A stretch of DNA of 64,000 nucleotides. It comes from a virus. Taxonomy: Duplodnaviria > Caudoviricetes. The stretch is taken from positions 19,534 through 83,533 of the IMG/VR virus record IMGVR_UViG_3300029288_000139, one strand, 5' to 3'. Under the pieces are notes generated by a model that saw nothing but the letters and a program-made list of their open reading frames with translations, had not been told where the DNA came from and ran no database searches. The position numbers were made by a program, and so were the translations under genes. Shown piece after piece: positions 37,632-48,239 of the stretch; within the stretch, counting starts at the first letter, position 1; every line of letters starts with the position of its first letter.

Positions 37632-38543
37632 ATGAATAATAATTTTGATATAAAATCTTATTTAGAATCAAAAGATATACCTTACAAAACTTCTGGGAAG
37701 AATATTTCCAAAGGGTGGATTGGAACTTGCTGCATTCTCCCCAATTGTTTTGATTCGACAAATCATTTGGGTATTCATATAAAAAGTGGCATTTATAAAT
37801 GTTGGATATGTGGAAGAAAAGGGCATGTAGTTAATCTAATTCAAATTATTGAAAAATGTTCAGAGGGAGTTGCCAAACAAATTATGAAGAGGTTCCCTTT
37901 AGACGAAATAGATTCTATATGGGACGAAGAAGAAAATACAGTAAAGAATACAAATTTAATTTTGCCTCCCGAAATAGAAAAAGAATGGCCTCAAATTCAT
38001 CTTGAATATTTAAAATCTAGAAATTTTGACCCCCAGTATTTGATTAAAAAATATAAACTCATGCCAGTTTACACTATGGGTGTATATAGATTCAGAATAA
38101 TAATACCAATATACATAAATCAAGTTATGGTGAGCTTCACCTCTATGGATATCCTACGTCAAGATAAACGGCCTCACTACATAGATTGTCCAATAAACAA
38201 AGCTATTATTCCAGTTAAACATTGTTTGTACAATATAGATTGTGTAAAGGACAGGGTTGTTATTTACGAAGGTGTAACAGGAGTTTGGCGTTTTGGAGAA
38301 GGCTCTATTTGTTCTTTTACATCAAACCTTACCAAAGAACAAATATCTTTATTGTTAAAGAAAAAAATCAAAGAAGTTTTTATCTTGTTCGACCCAGATG
38401 CAGAAGAAAAGGGAAACAACATAGCAATTCAACTATCTGGAATCATCCGTTATGTCGAACAAATCAAATTTAAAAATGGTGATCCAAAAGATTTGTCTAT
38501 AAGTGAAGTTAATGATTTGAAAAGAGATTTAAAATTTATTTAG
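37632..38543 (+). CDS. DNA primase (Zn finger plus TOPRIM)
   Basis: CC....C.D...HLG....YKCWICG, IYEGVTG and LFDPDA motifs. Confidence 0.88.
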   Translation: MNNNFDIKSYLESKDIPYKTSGKNISKGWIGTCCILPNCFDSTNHLGIHIKSGIYKCWICGRKGHVVNLIQIIEKCSEGVAKQIMKRFPLDEIDSIWDEEENTVKNTNLILPPEIEKEWPQIHLEYLKSRNFDPQYLIKKYKLMPVYTMGVYRFRIIIPIYINQVMVSFTSMDILRQDKRPHYIDCPINKAIIPVKHCLYNIDCVKDRVVIYEGVTGVWRFGEGSICSFTSNLTKEQISLLLKKKIKEVFILFDPDAEEKGNNIAIQLSGIIRYVEQIKFKNGDPKDLSISEVNDLKRDLKFI

Positions 38544-38597
38544 ATTTAAAATTTTTCAGGGCTATTTTTTTGGTTTATATATAGGAAAGGATAAAAT

Positions 38598-38785
38598 TCC
38601 AATGGAAGTTTTCGGCAACACCATTGGATGTAAAACACAATGAACAAAAACTTAAAACTCTTTTTGTATGGGATTGAGATTCGACTTTTTTCAAAGTTGT
38701 CTCTCATCCGAAAAATGAGATCAACTGTTATTTGTTCATTGTGTTTTTAGTTGAACTCAATCCCATACAAAAAGAGTTTTTTATT
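38598..38785 (+). promoter_or_regulatory. Structured leader / attenuator with crossing inverted repeats upstream of the initiator gene
   Basis: A 38632-38648 pairs with A' 38731-38747 (17 bp); B 38654-38678 pairs with B' 38756-38780 (25 bp) and is followed by a T-tract. Hairpins at 38598-38628 and 38702-38720. Confidence 0.7.
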
Positions 38786-38810
38786 GTCTAAAAAAAACAG
38801 GAGTTATGTT

Positions 38811-40106
38811 ATGGAAAACAAAGATCTTCTCAGCTTTATTGGTGGAGGGTATTGGCAAATTAGTAAAGAGATGAAAAAAGCATTTGGTATGATGGAATCT
38901 TTATGGATAACACATTTACTAGAATGGCAACAATATTTAATCTCAATCAAAAAAATAAAAGAAGATGAATATTTTTATTTGTCTCAAAAAGAAATACAAG
39001 AAGAAACTGGCATTCACCCAGATACACAAACTTCTTTTATTAAGAGATTTGTTGAAAGAGGGATACTTTATAAAAAAGAAAATATAGGACTCCCAGCAAG
39101 AAATTACTATTATATAAATGCAATAAAAATGATAGAAACAATTCGTAATATAAATAGAAACAATCAAGAACCAGTAACCGAGAATGATCTGGATCTAGCT
39201 CCCAAGGAGAGTATGGAGCCTTGTAATAACCCTAATTGTAATAACCCTAATTCCAATATCTCTAAAGAGATATTGGACGTTCCTTCAGAAAAGAAGGAAC
39301 GCCATTTATCAACCGAATTTATAAATTTGAAACAAAATAAAAACATTTTGAAAGAAGTTGAGGAAATATTTGATTATTGGCGTAAATTTGGCAAACCTTT
39401 GTCTTCTCCATTTAAAAATCTTGAAAAACCAACAATAAAGTTACAAAATGTTTTTGTAGTTATATCAAAAGAATTGAAAAGGTTGTCTAAAAAGAAGATC
39501 AAAGATTCAATATATTTATATTATGAAATGTTGGTTAATACCGAAAAATACAATCTTAACTGTTCAGACCCATTACACCTTGTTGATATTTCAGATTTTT
39601 TTAAATTCAATGACTATCTAAAAAAGAAACAAATGTCCGCCAGAGAAAACAATCCTGCTAAATATATAAAATCTTGGTATTGGGAATGTGCCCAAGGTGA
39701 AAAATATCTATTTGAGAAATATGGGAGAAAACCAAAAGACAATTATAAAGAAAAGCCTGTAGAAATTGTTAATAGAGAACACGAAATGACAGTTTCGTCT
39801 ATTAAACAATCATGGGAGAAATTTGGTTTTAAAAATGGGAAACCTCAAGATGAAAACTGTTTCAGAAAGGGAGCCTTAATGTTTATGGACTTTCTGAAAG
39901 AACATGAGAGAGATTGGGTATATGGCGCGTCAGGAGAATATCCAGATAAACCGTGGACTGTAGCAAAACTATTGGTGAAATCAATTGAATTTAGTACAAA
40001 AGACAATTTAGAAATAGAAGTTACTCCAGCTTGGTTATGTACTAAATATCAGTTTGAAGAAAGACTTCCAAAGTATTTGAAATTCTACGGAGCTTTACCG
40101 GAATAA
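38811..40106 (+). CDS. Putative replication initiator (N-terminal winged HTH)
   Basis: YFYLSQKEIQEETGI...GLPARNYYYIN motif; lies between primase and helicase. ATG 38811 follows AGGAG. Confidence 0.6.
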   Translation: MENKDLLSFIGGGYWQISKEMKKAFGMMESLWITHLLEWQQYLISIKKIKEDEYFYLSQKEIQEETGIHPDTQTSFIKRFVERGILYKKENIGLPARNYYYINAIKMIETIRNINRNNQEPVTENDLDLAPKESMEPCNNPNCNNPNSNISKEILDVPSEKKERHLSTEFINLKQNKNILKEVEEIFDYWRKFGKPLSSPFKNLEKPTIKLQNVFVVISKELKRLSKKKIKDSIYLYYEMLVNTEKYNLNCSDPLHLVDISDFFKFNDYLKKKQMSARENNPAKYIKSWYWECAQGEKYLFEKYGRKPKDNYKEKPVEIVNREHEMTVSSIKQSWEKFGFKNGKPQDENCFRKGALMFMDFLKEHERDWVYGASGEYPDKPWTVAKLLVKSIEFSTKDNLEIEVTPAWLCTKYQFEERLPKYLKFYGALPE

Positions 40107-40165
40107 TATTATTTCTCCATATTTTATAAAAATAACATACAATAAAAGAAAAAAGGAAAATTCAG

Positions 40166-42178
40166 ATGGATTATTCTCGTGTAGAAATATCAAACGATAT
40201 AGAAAAACGTATTCTAACTGGCATGATTGTTCACACCCAATATCTACGAGATATTAGTACAATTATACAGACAAAATTTTTTAAAATAGATTATATAAAG
40301 AAAATTGCAGGATGGGTTTTAGCATATTACAAACAGTACAAAGAAGCCCCTGGCAAAAATTTTGAATCAATATTTTATTCCAAAACAGAAAAATTAAAAT
40401 CAGCAGAAATTGAAATAATGGAGAATTTTCTTCAAGAAATTTCTGACCAATACATACTAGACAATCAAGATTCTTTCCCTTTTAATAAAGAATTATTATA
40501 TGACCATACAGTAGAATTTTGCCGAGATAGGCAACTTGAAATACTTCAAAAAACAATAGAAGGACATAGATTAAACAAAGATTTTTCCAAAGCTGAAGGT
40601 TTAGTAGCTGATTTTGGAAAAATATCACAACAAGTTAGCCAGTGGATAAACCCACTAGATTTTTTAGAAGTTGAAAAAACATTTGAAGATGAGGAGGAAA
40701 ACAAACTTTTTAAATTGCCAGGAGCCTTAGGTGATCTTATCGGTTATATGCAAAGAGGGTGGTTAGTTGGCTTGATGGGACCGACAAAGAGGGGGAAATG
40801 CATATCAGGAGATTCAAAGGTTCTTCTGTCTAATGGCAAAGAAATTGAAATTCGTGAACTAGTAAATAAAAAAATAAAAGAAAAAGTAGTTTCTTTTAAT
40901 GAAAAAACTCAAAGATTTGAGTCTATTGAAATTTCTGAGTTTTTTAACAACGGAATAAAACCTTGTTGGACTATAACAACTAGAACAGGGAGAAAGATTT
41001 CGGCTACTATAAATCACAAATTTCTAACCCCCCTTGGTTGGAAAAAAATGAAAGAGATTTCTATAGGAGAACATATAGCTGTTAATAAGAAACAAAATAA
41101 TAAGAAACAAAATCTCACAAGACAAAGATTCGAATGCGCTAAAGAAACCAAAGCTACTTATGAGAAATATATAAACTCAGAAATTATGTGGGATAAAGTT
41201 AAAACAATAACATATGCAGGAGAAATTGATACTTACGATATTTCTATTCCCAAACTTCATAATTTTGTCACAGACAATTGTTTAGTACATAATAGTTTCT
41301 ACGAAATGGAAATAGGATTTCATGCACTATGTGCAAAACTAAAGATTGCTATATTCTCTTTTGAAATGAATAAAACAGTTTATAAAAAAAGAATCTATAA
41401 AAGAATGACGGCAATGGCTGAAAAAGGAGGCGAATATAAATACCCTGTATTTGATTGTCAATCCAATCAAGATGGCTCTTGTCAGAAGGTTGAAAGAACA
41501 AATAGATCTTCTTTGATAGGGAGAGACGAAAAGGTAATGGATTACTCACCTACTTTGGGTTATAAACCATGTGTTGCCTGTCGTGGAAAGAAAGATTTCT
41601 ATCCTACGTCATGGTGGAGAACTCAGAACCAAAAAGAAGATTTATCCCCTTCTAATATTTCAAAGAAAATAAAAACATTTAAAAAATTATTTGGAGACAA
41701 TTTACGAATTCGATGTTTCCCAGCTTTTACGGCAGGATTTGACGAAGCAATAGCAGAACTAGACAATTTAAAATATCAGGGATTTGAACCAGATGTAATT
41801 CTGTTTGATTACTTTGATATTATGTCTTCCGAAGTTATGAATGAACTAGAAGACGAAAACCGTAAGTGGAAAAAAGGAAAAGGTTTAGCAGGAGAAAGGC
41901 ATTGTTTAGTTATAAACTGTCATCAAGGAAATCGGGAATCTGAGGAAAGACAAAGTATAAAACAAAAACACACTGGAGGAAGTATAAAGAAATTACAACA
42001 CCTTGACCTTGATTTAACTTTAAATCAAACAGAAGAGGAAAAGAAACAAGGAAGAATGAGAATTCAAATTTTAGTCAATCGGCATGAAGAAGGAATAGAA
42101 AAAGGGGAGGTAATTGTTTTACAACAATTAAAACTTGGACAACCATTTATTGATAGTGAATGGAGAAGAGAAAAATAA
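40166..42178 (+). CDS. dnaB: DnaB-like replicative helicase containing a mini-intein
   Basis: GPTKRGK|intein|S, FSFEM, ILFDYFD and HQGNR motifs. Confidence 0.85.
   Translation: MDYSRVEISNDIEKRILTGMIVHTQYLRDISTIIQTKFFKIDYIKKIAGWVLAYYKQYKEAPGKNFESIFYSKTEKLKSAEIEIMENFLQEISDQYILDNQDSFPFNKELLYDHTVEFCRDRQLEILQKTIEGHRLNKDFSKAEGLVADFGKISQQVSQWINPLDFLEVEKTFEDEEENKLFKLPGALGDLIGYMQRGWLVGLMGPTKRGKCISGDSKVLLSNGKEIEIRELVNKKIKEKVVSFNEKTQRFESIEISEFFNNGIKPCWTITTRTGRKISATINHKFLTPLGWKKMKEISIGEHIAVNKKQNNKKQNLTRQRFECAKETKATYEKYINSEIMWDKVKTITYAGEIDTYDISIPKLHNFVTDNCLVHNSFYEMEIGFHALCAKLKIAIFSFEMNKTVYKKRIYKRMTAMAEKGGEYKYPVFDCQSNQDGSCQKVERTNRSSLIGRDEKVMDYSPTLGYKPCVACRGKKDFYPTSWWRTQNQKEDLSPSNISKKIKTFKKLFGDNLRIRCFPAFTAGFDEAIAELDNLKYQGFEPDVILFDYFDIMSSEVMNELEDENRKWKKGKGLAGERHCLVINCHQGNRESEERQSIKQKHTGGSIKKLQHLDLDLTLNQTEEEKKQGRMRIQILVNRHEEGIEKGEVIVLQQLKLGQPFIDSEWRREK
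40799..41293 (+). mobile_element. Mini-intein (165 aa, no homing endonuclease) in the helicase P-loop
   Basis: CISGDSKV..., AT.NHKF and TYDISI...HNFVTDNCLVHN followed by Ser. Confidence 0.9.
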
Positions 42179-42888
42179 TGTCAGAAGATATTTTTGGGAA
42201 TATAATAAAAAAGAAAGACCCTGTAGAAAGAGAAATATTAAAAGGTTGTCTCTATGATATTTTCAAAAACGTAACTCTAAAAGAATTTGTTTCTTTTTTA
42301 ACTAACGAAATAGCCAGAAAAATATACAAAGGATTCCATCTTAATACAGAAAGTAAAATATTAGATCCTTGTGCTGGTTGGGGTGGTCGAATGTTGGGGG
42401 CATCTGTGGTAAGTAATTCATATACTTGTTTTGAACCTTCGAAAGAAACGTACAAAGGTCTCATTCTTTTATTGAAATTTATCAATAGGATGAATAAATC
42501 TTTTTGTTCATCGATAAATAACATCCCATTTGAAGAAAGTGAATTGAAAAAAGATTTTTATGATTTTGCTTTGACTTCACCTCCATATTATAACACTGAA
42601 TTATATTCAGATGAAGAAAATAATTCATGTAATCGATATAAAACATTTGAATCTTGGGTGGACGGATTCTTCTGCCCATTAATAGAAAAAACCATGCAAG
42701 CAATTAAACCTCATAGTACTTTTGTATTAAATATTGGAGATAGAAAATACCCTTTATCTTCGGCTCTTATAAATAATTTCAATAAGAAATACGATATTGA
42801 AAGAATGACAGATTTTCTTGCGGGTAATTCAGGAGGTCTTGGGAAAAGAGAAGGGAAAGGAGAGGCTTTTTATTCTATAAAAAAATAA
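42178..42888 (+). CDS. DNA methyltransferase (amino-MTase)
   Basis: ILDPCAGWGGR and TSPPYY motifs. Confidence 0.85.
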   Translation: MSEDIFGNIIKKKDPVEREILKGCLYDIFKNVTLKEFVSFLTNEIARKIYKGFHLNTESKILDPCAGWGGRMLGASVVSNSYTCFEPSKETYKGLILLLKFINRMNKSFCSSINNIPFEESELKKDFYDFALTSPPYYNTELYSDEENNSCNRYKTFESWVDGFFCPLIEKTMQAIKPHSTFVLNIGDRKYPLSSALINNFNKKYDIERMTDFLAGNSGGLGKREGKGEAFYSIKK

Positions 42889-42980
42889 AAATTAACTCAT
42901 CTATTTTTTTATTTATCATATATAATATAGTTATAGATGAAAAAAGAAATTAACAACAAACAAAAAAAGGAGAAAAAATC

Positions 42981-43541
42981 ATGGAAGTAAAAATTAAATT
43001 CAAAGTTTTACGAGAAGCAGTAATATCTCTTAATAAGAGTGGATTATTGAAAGAAGAAGACAAAATTCCTCTTGTTGGAATTGAACAAGAAGACATTTTA
43101 AAAATATTTATGGACAAGGTGAATGGTATCCCTGATGATAAAGATGGTAAATTCCCCGGCCCAGCAAATGTTCTCTCTTTTTATAATTCCATTCTTGATC
43201 AAGAGGAAAAAATTACAAAAACAAAGGTAGCCCCGAATCCAAAAGAAAAAGAAACAACAAAGCCAAAAGAAAAAGAAAAGACAAAAGAAAAAGAAAAGAC
43301 AAAAGAAAAGAAAACCCCTACTTTCACCAGAGTTGATTCCTTTAAGAAAGTCATATCAAACTCGGTTGAGAAAATTTTAGTGAAAGATTTACCAATTGAA
43401 GCCAACAAAGAATACGTCCTTCAGGGAGGAAAAGATAATCTGAATGAAAGTAAGTTCACTGGAGGATACGTTATCAAGACTTTGATATCCTTTGGAATTG
43501 CAACAATTGACAAAGAAGGAAGGATTACAATCAAAAAGTAA
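42981..43541 (+). CDS. Hypothetical protein with Lys/Glu-rich linker
   Basis: ORF with AAGGAG RBS. Confidence 0.55.
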   Translation: MEVKIKFKVLREAVISLNKSGLLKEEDKIPLVGIEQEDILKIFMDKVNGIPDDKDGKFPGPANVLSFYNSILDQEEKITKTKVAPNPKEKETTKPKEKEKTKEKEKTKEKKTPTFTRVDSFKKVISNSVEKILVKDLPIEANKEYVLQGGKDNLNESKFTGGYVIKTLISFGIATIDKEGRITIKK

Positions 43542-44413
43542 TGGATATTATACAAGACACTCCAACAGAATTAATAAAACTAAAAGATCTTCCCGTTTAT
43601 GTTAAACGGGAAGATCTTGCTTGTCCTCCTCCAGGACCACCCTTTGCCAAGGTGAGAGGTTTATATCCCAGACTCTTATCTCTAAAACAGAAAGGAATTA
43701 CAACCGTTGGTTATATGGATACAAGCGTATCTATGGCAACTTGGGGAATTTCTTATTTTGCCCAAAAGTTAGGAATGAAATCAGTAGTATTTTATCCTAA
43801 ATATAAAGATGGATTAAAGTGCGAACAGGAAAAACAAATTGAGAAGTGGAAAAAATTTCATGCGGAAGTCATTTGTATAGAAAAGCCAAACAGACTCAAA
43901 ATCAATTATTATCGAGCGAAAAAGATATTATTGGAAAGATTTCCACATTCTGAAATGCTGGAACAAGGTCTTCCGTTTAGTGAAACCATAACTCAAGTTA
44001 CCCGACAAGTTTCTCTTTTGCCAAAAGAATCTTTAGGAGGAACAATCGTGATGTGCGTTGGTTCTGGAGTAATGACAGCAGGAGTTTTAAAAGGTTTATC
44101 ATTAATGCTAAATAAAAATCAAAGTCAAACTGTCATTGGAATAATTGTCGCTCCTAAGAATTTAGAAATGAAGAAAAAAGATATTATAAAAAAATCAGGG
44201 CTAATCATTGGACAAGGTTTTTTCTCAATAAACAACATTAAATTAGAATTAATTGATATAGGATACGAATATGAACAAACGGAAGAAATTGAATGTCCTT
44301 TCCCATGTAATAAATACTATGACAGAAAAGCGTGGAAATGGCTTTGTGATCATCTAATTAATTTAACTCCTCCAATTGTTTTTTGGAACATAGGAGGAGA
44401 TTACATATTATGA
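43541..44413 (+). CDS. PLP-dependent fold-II enzyme (ACC deaminase / D-cysteine desulfhydrase-like)
   Basis: VYVKREDL....P..AKVRG, CVGSGVM, CN.YYD.KAW and FWNIG motifs. Confidence 0.75.
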   Translation: MDIIQDTPTELIKLKDLPVYVKREDLACPPPGPPFAKVRGLYPRLLSLKQKGITTVGYMDTSVSMATWGISYFAQKLGMKSVVFYPKYKDGLKCEQEKQIEKWKKFHAEVICIEKPNRLKINYYRAKKILLERFPHSEMLEQGLPFSETITQVTRQVSLLPKESLGGTIVMCVGSGVMTAGVLKGLSLMLNKNQSQTVIGIIVAPKNLEMKKKDIIKKSGLIIGQGFFSINNIKLELIDIGYEYEQTEEIECPFPCNKYYDRKAWKWLCDHLINLTPPIVFWNIGGDYIL

Positions 44414-44426
44414 AAAGGAGAAAGAA

Positions 44427-44870
44427 ATGAATAAATGTAAAAAACCTAAGAAAGAGATAAAGATAATGCTCAATGGAAAAAGATTAACTTCGTTTAAAGA
44501 CCCAAAAGATTTAGTAGGGATAATTGCTAAAACATACGCCTACAGAATTCCATATCTTTCTGGGGAAGCCTTGACAAATTATCTTATTCAAATGAAAGAA
44601 ATTCTGGAAGAAATAGCTGATAAATTTGGAGTCAATTGTTCTAGAACAATTAATTTCATTGAAAGAACGATCGATAAAAAATTAGACAGGAATAAATTGG
44701 AAGAATTTTTTTATAATTTGATTCTCGGATACCACAAAGAATCAACTTTAAAAGGATTCGGTTATATTGCTATGGAAAAAACAGAAGATGGGGCCAGAAG
44801 AAAATTAAAAGATTTCAGAATAAATCCAGAGAAAACATCTTTGACTCAGTTCTCTCGCATCAATGATTAA
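44427..44870 (+). CDS. Hypothetical protein
   Basis: ORF with AAGGAG RBS. Confidence 0.5.
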   Translation: MNKCKKPKKEIKIMLNGKRLTSFKDPKDLVGIIAKTYAYRIPYLSGEALTNYLIQMKEILEEIADKFGVNCSRTINFIERTIDKKLDRNKLEEFFYNLILGYHKESTLKGFGYIAMEKTEDGARRKLKDFRINPEKTSLTQFSRIND

Positions 44871-44882
44871 AAGAATTAAATT

Positions 44883-47800
44883 ATGAATGAAAACTTTTGT
44901 CATCTTCATGTACATACAGAATTTTCTCTTCTGGACGGCTTTGGCACAGCCAAACAATATGTATCCAGAGCGAAAAAATTAGGACAAAAATATATTGGTA
45001 TTACAGACCACGGATCCATAGATGGAATTATCAAATTCCAAAAAGAATGTAAAAAACAATCTATAACTCCGATCCTTGGATGCGAAGCATATATAGTTAA
45101 AAATTCATTTATTAAAGAAAAGGGAGAAAAGAGAAGACACGTCACACTTCTTATTAAAACAGAAGAGGGGTTTCAGAATCTTTGTAAAATGTTAACCTTT
45201 GCAAACTTAACAGGGTTTTATCACCGGCCAAGAATAGATTATGATCTTATTTATCATCATTGTGATGGACTGATAATATTGACTGGATGTTATAATTCCT
45301 TTCTTTTAGATCAAGAAGGAATAAACTTATTCCTTGACCTAAAAGAAAAAATTGGCGATGATTTATACCTTGAAGTAATGCCTCATATGTCTGAAGAACA
45401 ATATAAAATAAATTCAGAATGTATATCTTTGGCAAATAAATATGATATCCCATTGGTAGCTTCAAATGATTGTCACTATGTAAATAAAGATGATGATATA
45501 ACTCAGGAAGTACTTTTAGCTATTCAATCAAAAGCAAAATGGACTGATAAAGATAGGTTTAAGTTTAAAGTCAAGGAATTGTATCTTAAATCTATTGAAG
45601 AAATGGAATCATCATTTATACATCAAAATATTTTGACCAAAAAAGAAATTGATGAAGCTTTTTACTCAACCATTGAAATCGCTCAAAAATGTAAAAACTT
45701 TTCTATTAATAAAAAAGAAATCTATTTACCAAAAGTTCCACAGTATGAAGATGTTAATCCCAATTTATATATTCATTCATTGTGTCAAAAAAGATTGATC
45801 GATCTCCAATTAGATAAAGATACAATCTACGTGGATAGGCTTAATGAAGAAATTAGCATGATAAAAAGTAAAAAGTTTTCTTCTTATTTCCTGACAATTT
45901 GGGAGTTAATAACATGGTGTAAACAACAAAATATTATGACTGGTCCTGGCAGGGGTTCCGCTGCTGGTAGTCTGGTTGCTTTTCTCTTAGGGATAACAAC
46001 AGTCGATCCTATCAAATACAATCTGTTATTTTCAAGATTTATTTCTGAAAACAGAATAGATTTACCAGATGTAGATATCGATTTTGAAGACTCAAAAAGA
46101 AATTTAGTAAGAGAGCATTTAGAAAATTTGTATGGTAAAAATCACATATCGTCTATCTCCACTTTTTTAACTATGAAGGGAAGAATGGTAATAAGAGACG
46201 TTTCAAGAGTATTTGATATCCCAGCAAAAGAAGTGGATACTTTTGCTAAATCTATTGAATTCAAAGACGACAATCAAGAAGATATTATTGAATCATCTAT
46301 TAAAAACACAAATGAAGGAAAAATATTCAATCAAAGATATCCTGAAGTTGTCAAACACGCCATGAAGTTAGAGGGTCAAATTAGAGCTAGTGGTCAACAC
46401 GCTGCGGCATTAATTATATCTGCAGATGATTTGACACAGGGGACAAAGGGGAATTTAGTATCAAGAACGGGATCTATTGTATCAAATTGGGATATGGAAG
46501 ATTCAGAATATATGGGATTAATGAAATTAGACGTTCTTGGATTAAATACCTTGTCTGTTTTAAGCGAAGCAAAGAGATTGATAAAACAAAATCATAATAA
46601 AGAAATAATATTTGAAGATATTGATCTTAATGATTCAAATATATATAAAGATATTTCCGAAGGATATACAGTAGGAATTTTTCAGTTAAGTGGTTGGTCA
46701 ACGACGAAGTTAGCCAAAGATATCAAGGCGGATAATTTTTCTCATCTAAGTGATGTTATTGCCTTATCAAGACCAGGACCTTATTATTCGGGGCAAACGG
46801 ATGAATACATCAAACGTAAATTTGGCCAGTCTTGGGTTAGAAAACACTCGATATATGAAAAGATTACAGAAAAAACTTATGGAATAATTGTCTATCAGGA
46901 ACAAATTATGGAAGTCATAAATAAAGTTGCTGGTCTTCCATATTCCACTGCAGACCAAATAAGAAAGATTATTAGTAAGAAAAGAACGGCAAAAGAATTT
47001 AAACCATACAAAGATTCTTTTATAGAAGGTTGTCAAAAACAAAAAACTCTTTCAAATAAAGAAGCAGAAATATTTTGGTCAGAATTACAACAACACGCTT
47101 CGTATTCATTCAATCTTTCTCATTCTGTTTCATATGCTATGTTAGGCTTTTGGACATCGTATATGAAATACTATTACCCAACAGAATTTATCTGTGCAAG
47201 TTTAACATATGGTTCTGATGGTAAAAAAGAAGAAATCATAGAAGAAGCATATAGAATAGGATTACAAGTTATTCTTCCAAAGGTTGGAATATCTGATGCA
47301 TTTAACTGGGTAGCGAAAGATAATAAATTATACTGTCCTTTTATTGAGATAAAAGGTATTGGAGAAAAATCAGCAAAATCGTGTATGAATGTTAAACAAA
47401 AAACTGGAATTTCATCTATTGGTTTTTTCAATACTACAAAAAAATTACCTGAAGGAAAAATAGAAAAATTACTTACAGAAATTGGTGCTTTTGGAAACGA
47501 ACCAATAAAAAATACCGATAAATATTTTTCGTTTAAAATAATAAATAACAAAGAATACCCCGAACTGAATAAAAAAGTTGGAATAAAAATACCTGAAGAA
47601 GATTTGGAGATATATTTAAATTTAAACCTATCAAAGAGATATTCTTTACAATTAATTAAAAAAACTGTATTTTGTGAAAAAAATTTTTATTATTTTCTTC
47701 CAGAATGTCGAAATTGTGAACTTGGTGATGAAACCGACTTAGGGCCTGTTCCTCCGTCTTCGGGGAAATATAATATAATAATTTTAGGAGAAGCTCCTGG

Positions 47801-48239
47801 AAAAAATGAAGACGAAGAAGGAAAATGTTTTGTCGGAAAAGCAGGGAACGATATATTATGGAGGGAATTAGATAAATATGAACTCCTAAGAACAGATTTT
47901 CATGTAACAAATTGTTGTAAATGTTTCCCATCAAAAAGTAAAACACCCAATAAAAAACAAATCGAAATCTGTTATGGATGGTTAGTAAAAGAGATAAAAG
48001 CTATCAATCCTTGTTTAATACTAGCATTTGGTAATACTTCTGTGAGAAGTCTTACAGGAAGAGATGGTGGTATTACTGATTTAAGTGGAAAAACAGAATG
48101 GAGTGAAAAATTAAAATGTTGGATTTGCTGGTCAATACATCCCTCATCAGTTTTACACAATCCTTTAAATAAAAAGTATTTTGAAGATGGAATTAAAAAC
48201 TTTTCAGAAAAAATAACATTGTTGGGAGATTTAAAATGA
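44883..48239 (+). CDS. dnaE: DNA polymerase III alpha subunit fused to a C-terminal family-4 uracil-DNA glycosylase domain
   Basis: PHP (HLHVHTEFSLLDG), GRGSAAGS, PDVDIDF and KLDVLGL motifs. C-terminus: CRNCEL, GEAPGKNED..G..FVGKAG, TNCCKC.P, IHPS. Confidence 0.93.
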   Translation: MNENFCHLHVHTEFSLLDGFGTAKQYVSRAKKLGQKYIGITDHGSIDGIIKFQKECKKQSITPILGCEAYIVKNSFIKEKGEKRRHVTLLIKTEEGFQNLCKMLTFANLTGFYHRPRIDYDLIYHHCDGLIILTGCYNSFLLDQEGINLFLDLKEKIGDDLYLEVMPHMSEEQYKINSECISLANKYDIPLVASNDCHYVNKDDDITQEVLLAIQSKAKWTDKDRFKFKVKELYLKSIEEMESSFIHQNILTKKEIDEAFYSTIEIAQKCKNFSINKKEIYLPKVPQYEDVNPNLYIHSLCQKRLIDLQLDKDTIYVDRLNEEISMIKSKKFSSYFLTIWELITWCKQQNIMTGPGRGSAAGSLVAFLLGITTVDPIKYNLLFSRFISENRIDLPDVDIDFEDSKRNLVREHLENLYGKNHISSISTFLTMKGRMVIRDVSRVFDIPAKEVDTFAKSIEFKDDNQEDIIESSIKNTNEGKIFNQRYPEVVKHAMKLEGQIRASGQHAAALIISADDLTQGTKGNLVSRTGSIVSNWDMEDSEYMGLMKLDVLGLNTLSVLSEAKRLIKQNHNKEIIFEDIDLNDSNIYKDISEGYTVGIFQLSGWSTTKLAKDIKADNFSHLSDVIALSRPGPYYSGQTDEYIKRKFGQSWVRKHSIYEKITEKTYGIIVYQEQIMEVINKVAGLPYSTADQIRKIISKKRTAKEFKPYKDSFIEGCQKQKTLSNKEAEIFWSELQQHASYSFNLSHSVSYAMLGFWTSYMKYYYPTEFICASLTYGSDGKKEEIIEEAYRIGLQVILPKVGISDAFNWVAKDNKLYCPFIEIKGIGEKSAKSCMNVKQKTGISSIGFFNTTKKLPEGKIEKLLTEIGAFGNEPIKNTDKYFSFKIINNKEYPELNKKVGIKIPEEDLEIYLNLNLSKRYSLQLIKKTVFCEKNFYYFLPECRNCELGDETDLGPVPPSSGKYNIIILGEAPGKNEDEEGKCFVGKAGNDILWRELDKYELLRTDFHVTNCCKCFPSKSKTPNKKQIEICYGWLVKEIKAINPCLILAFGNTSVRSLTGRDGGITDLSGKTEWSEKLKCWICWSIHPSSVLHNPLNKKYFEDGIKNFSEKITLLGDLK

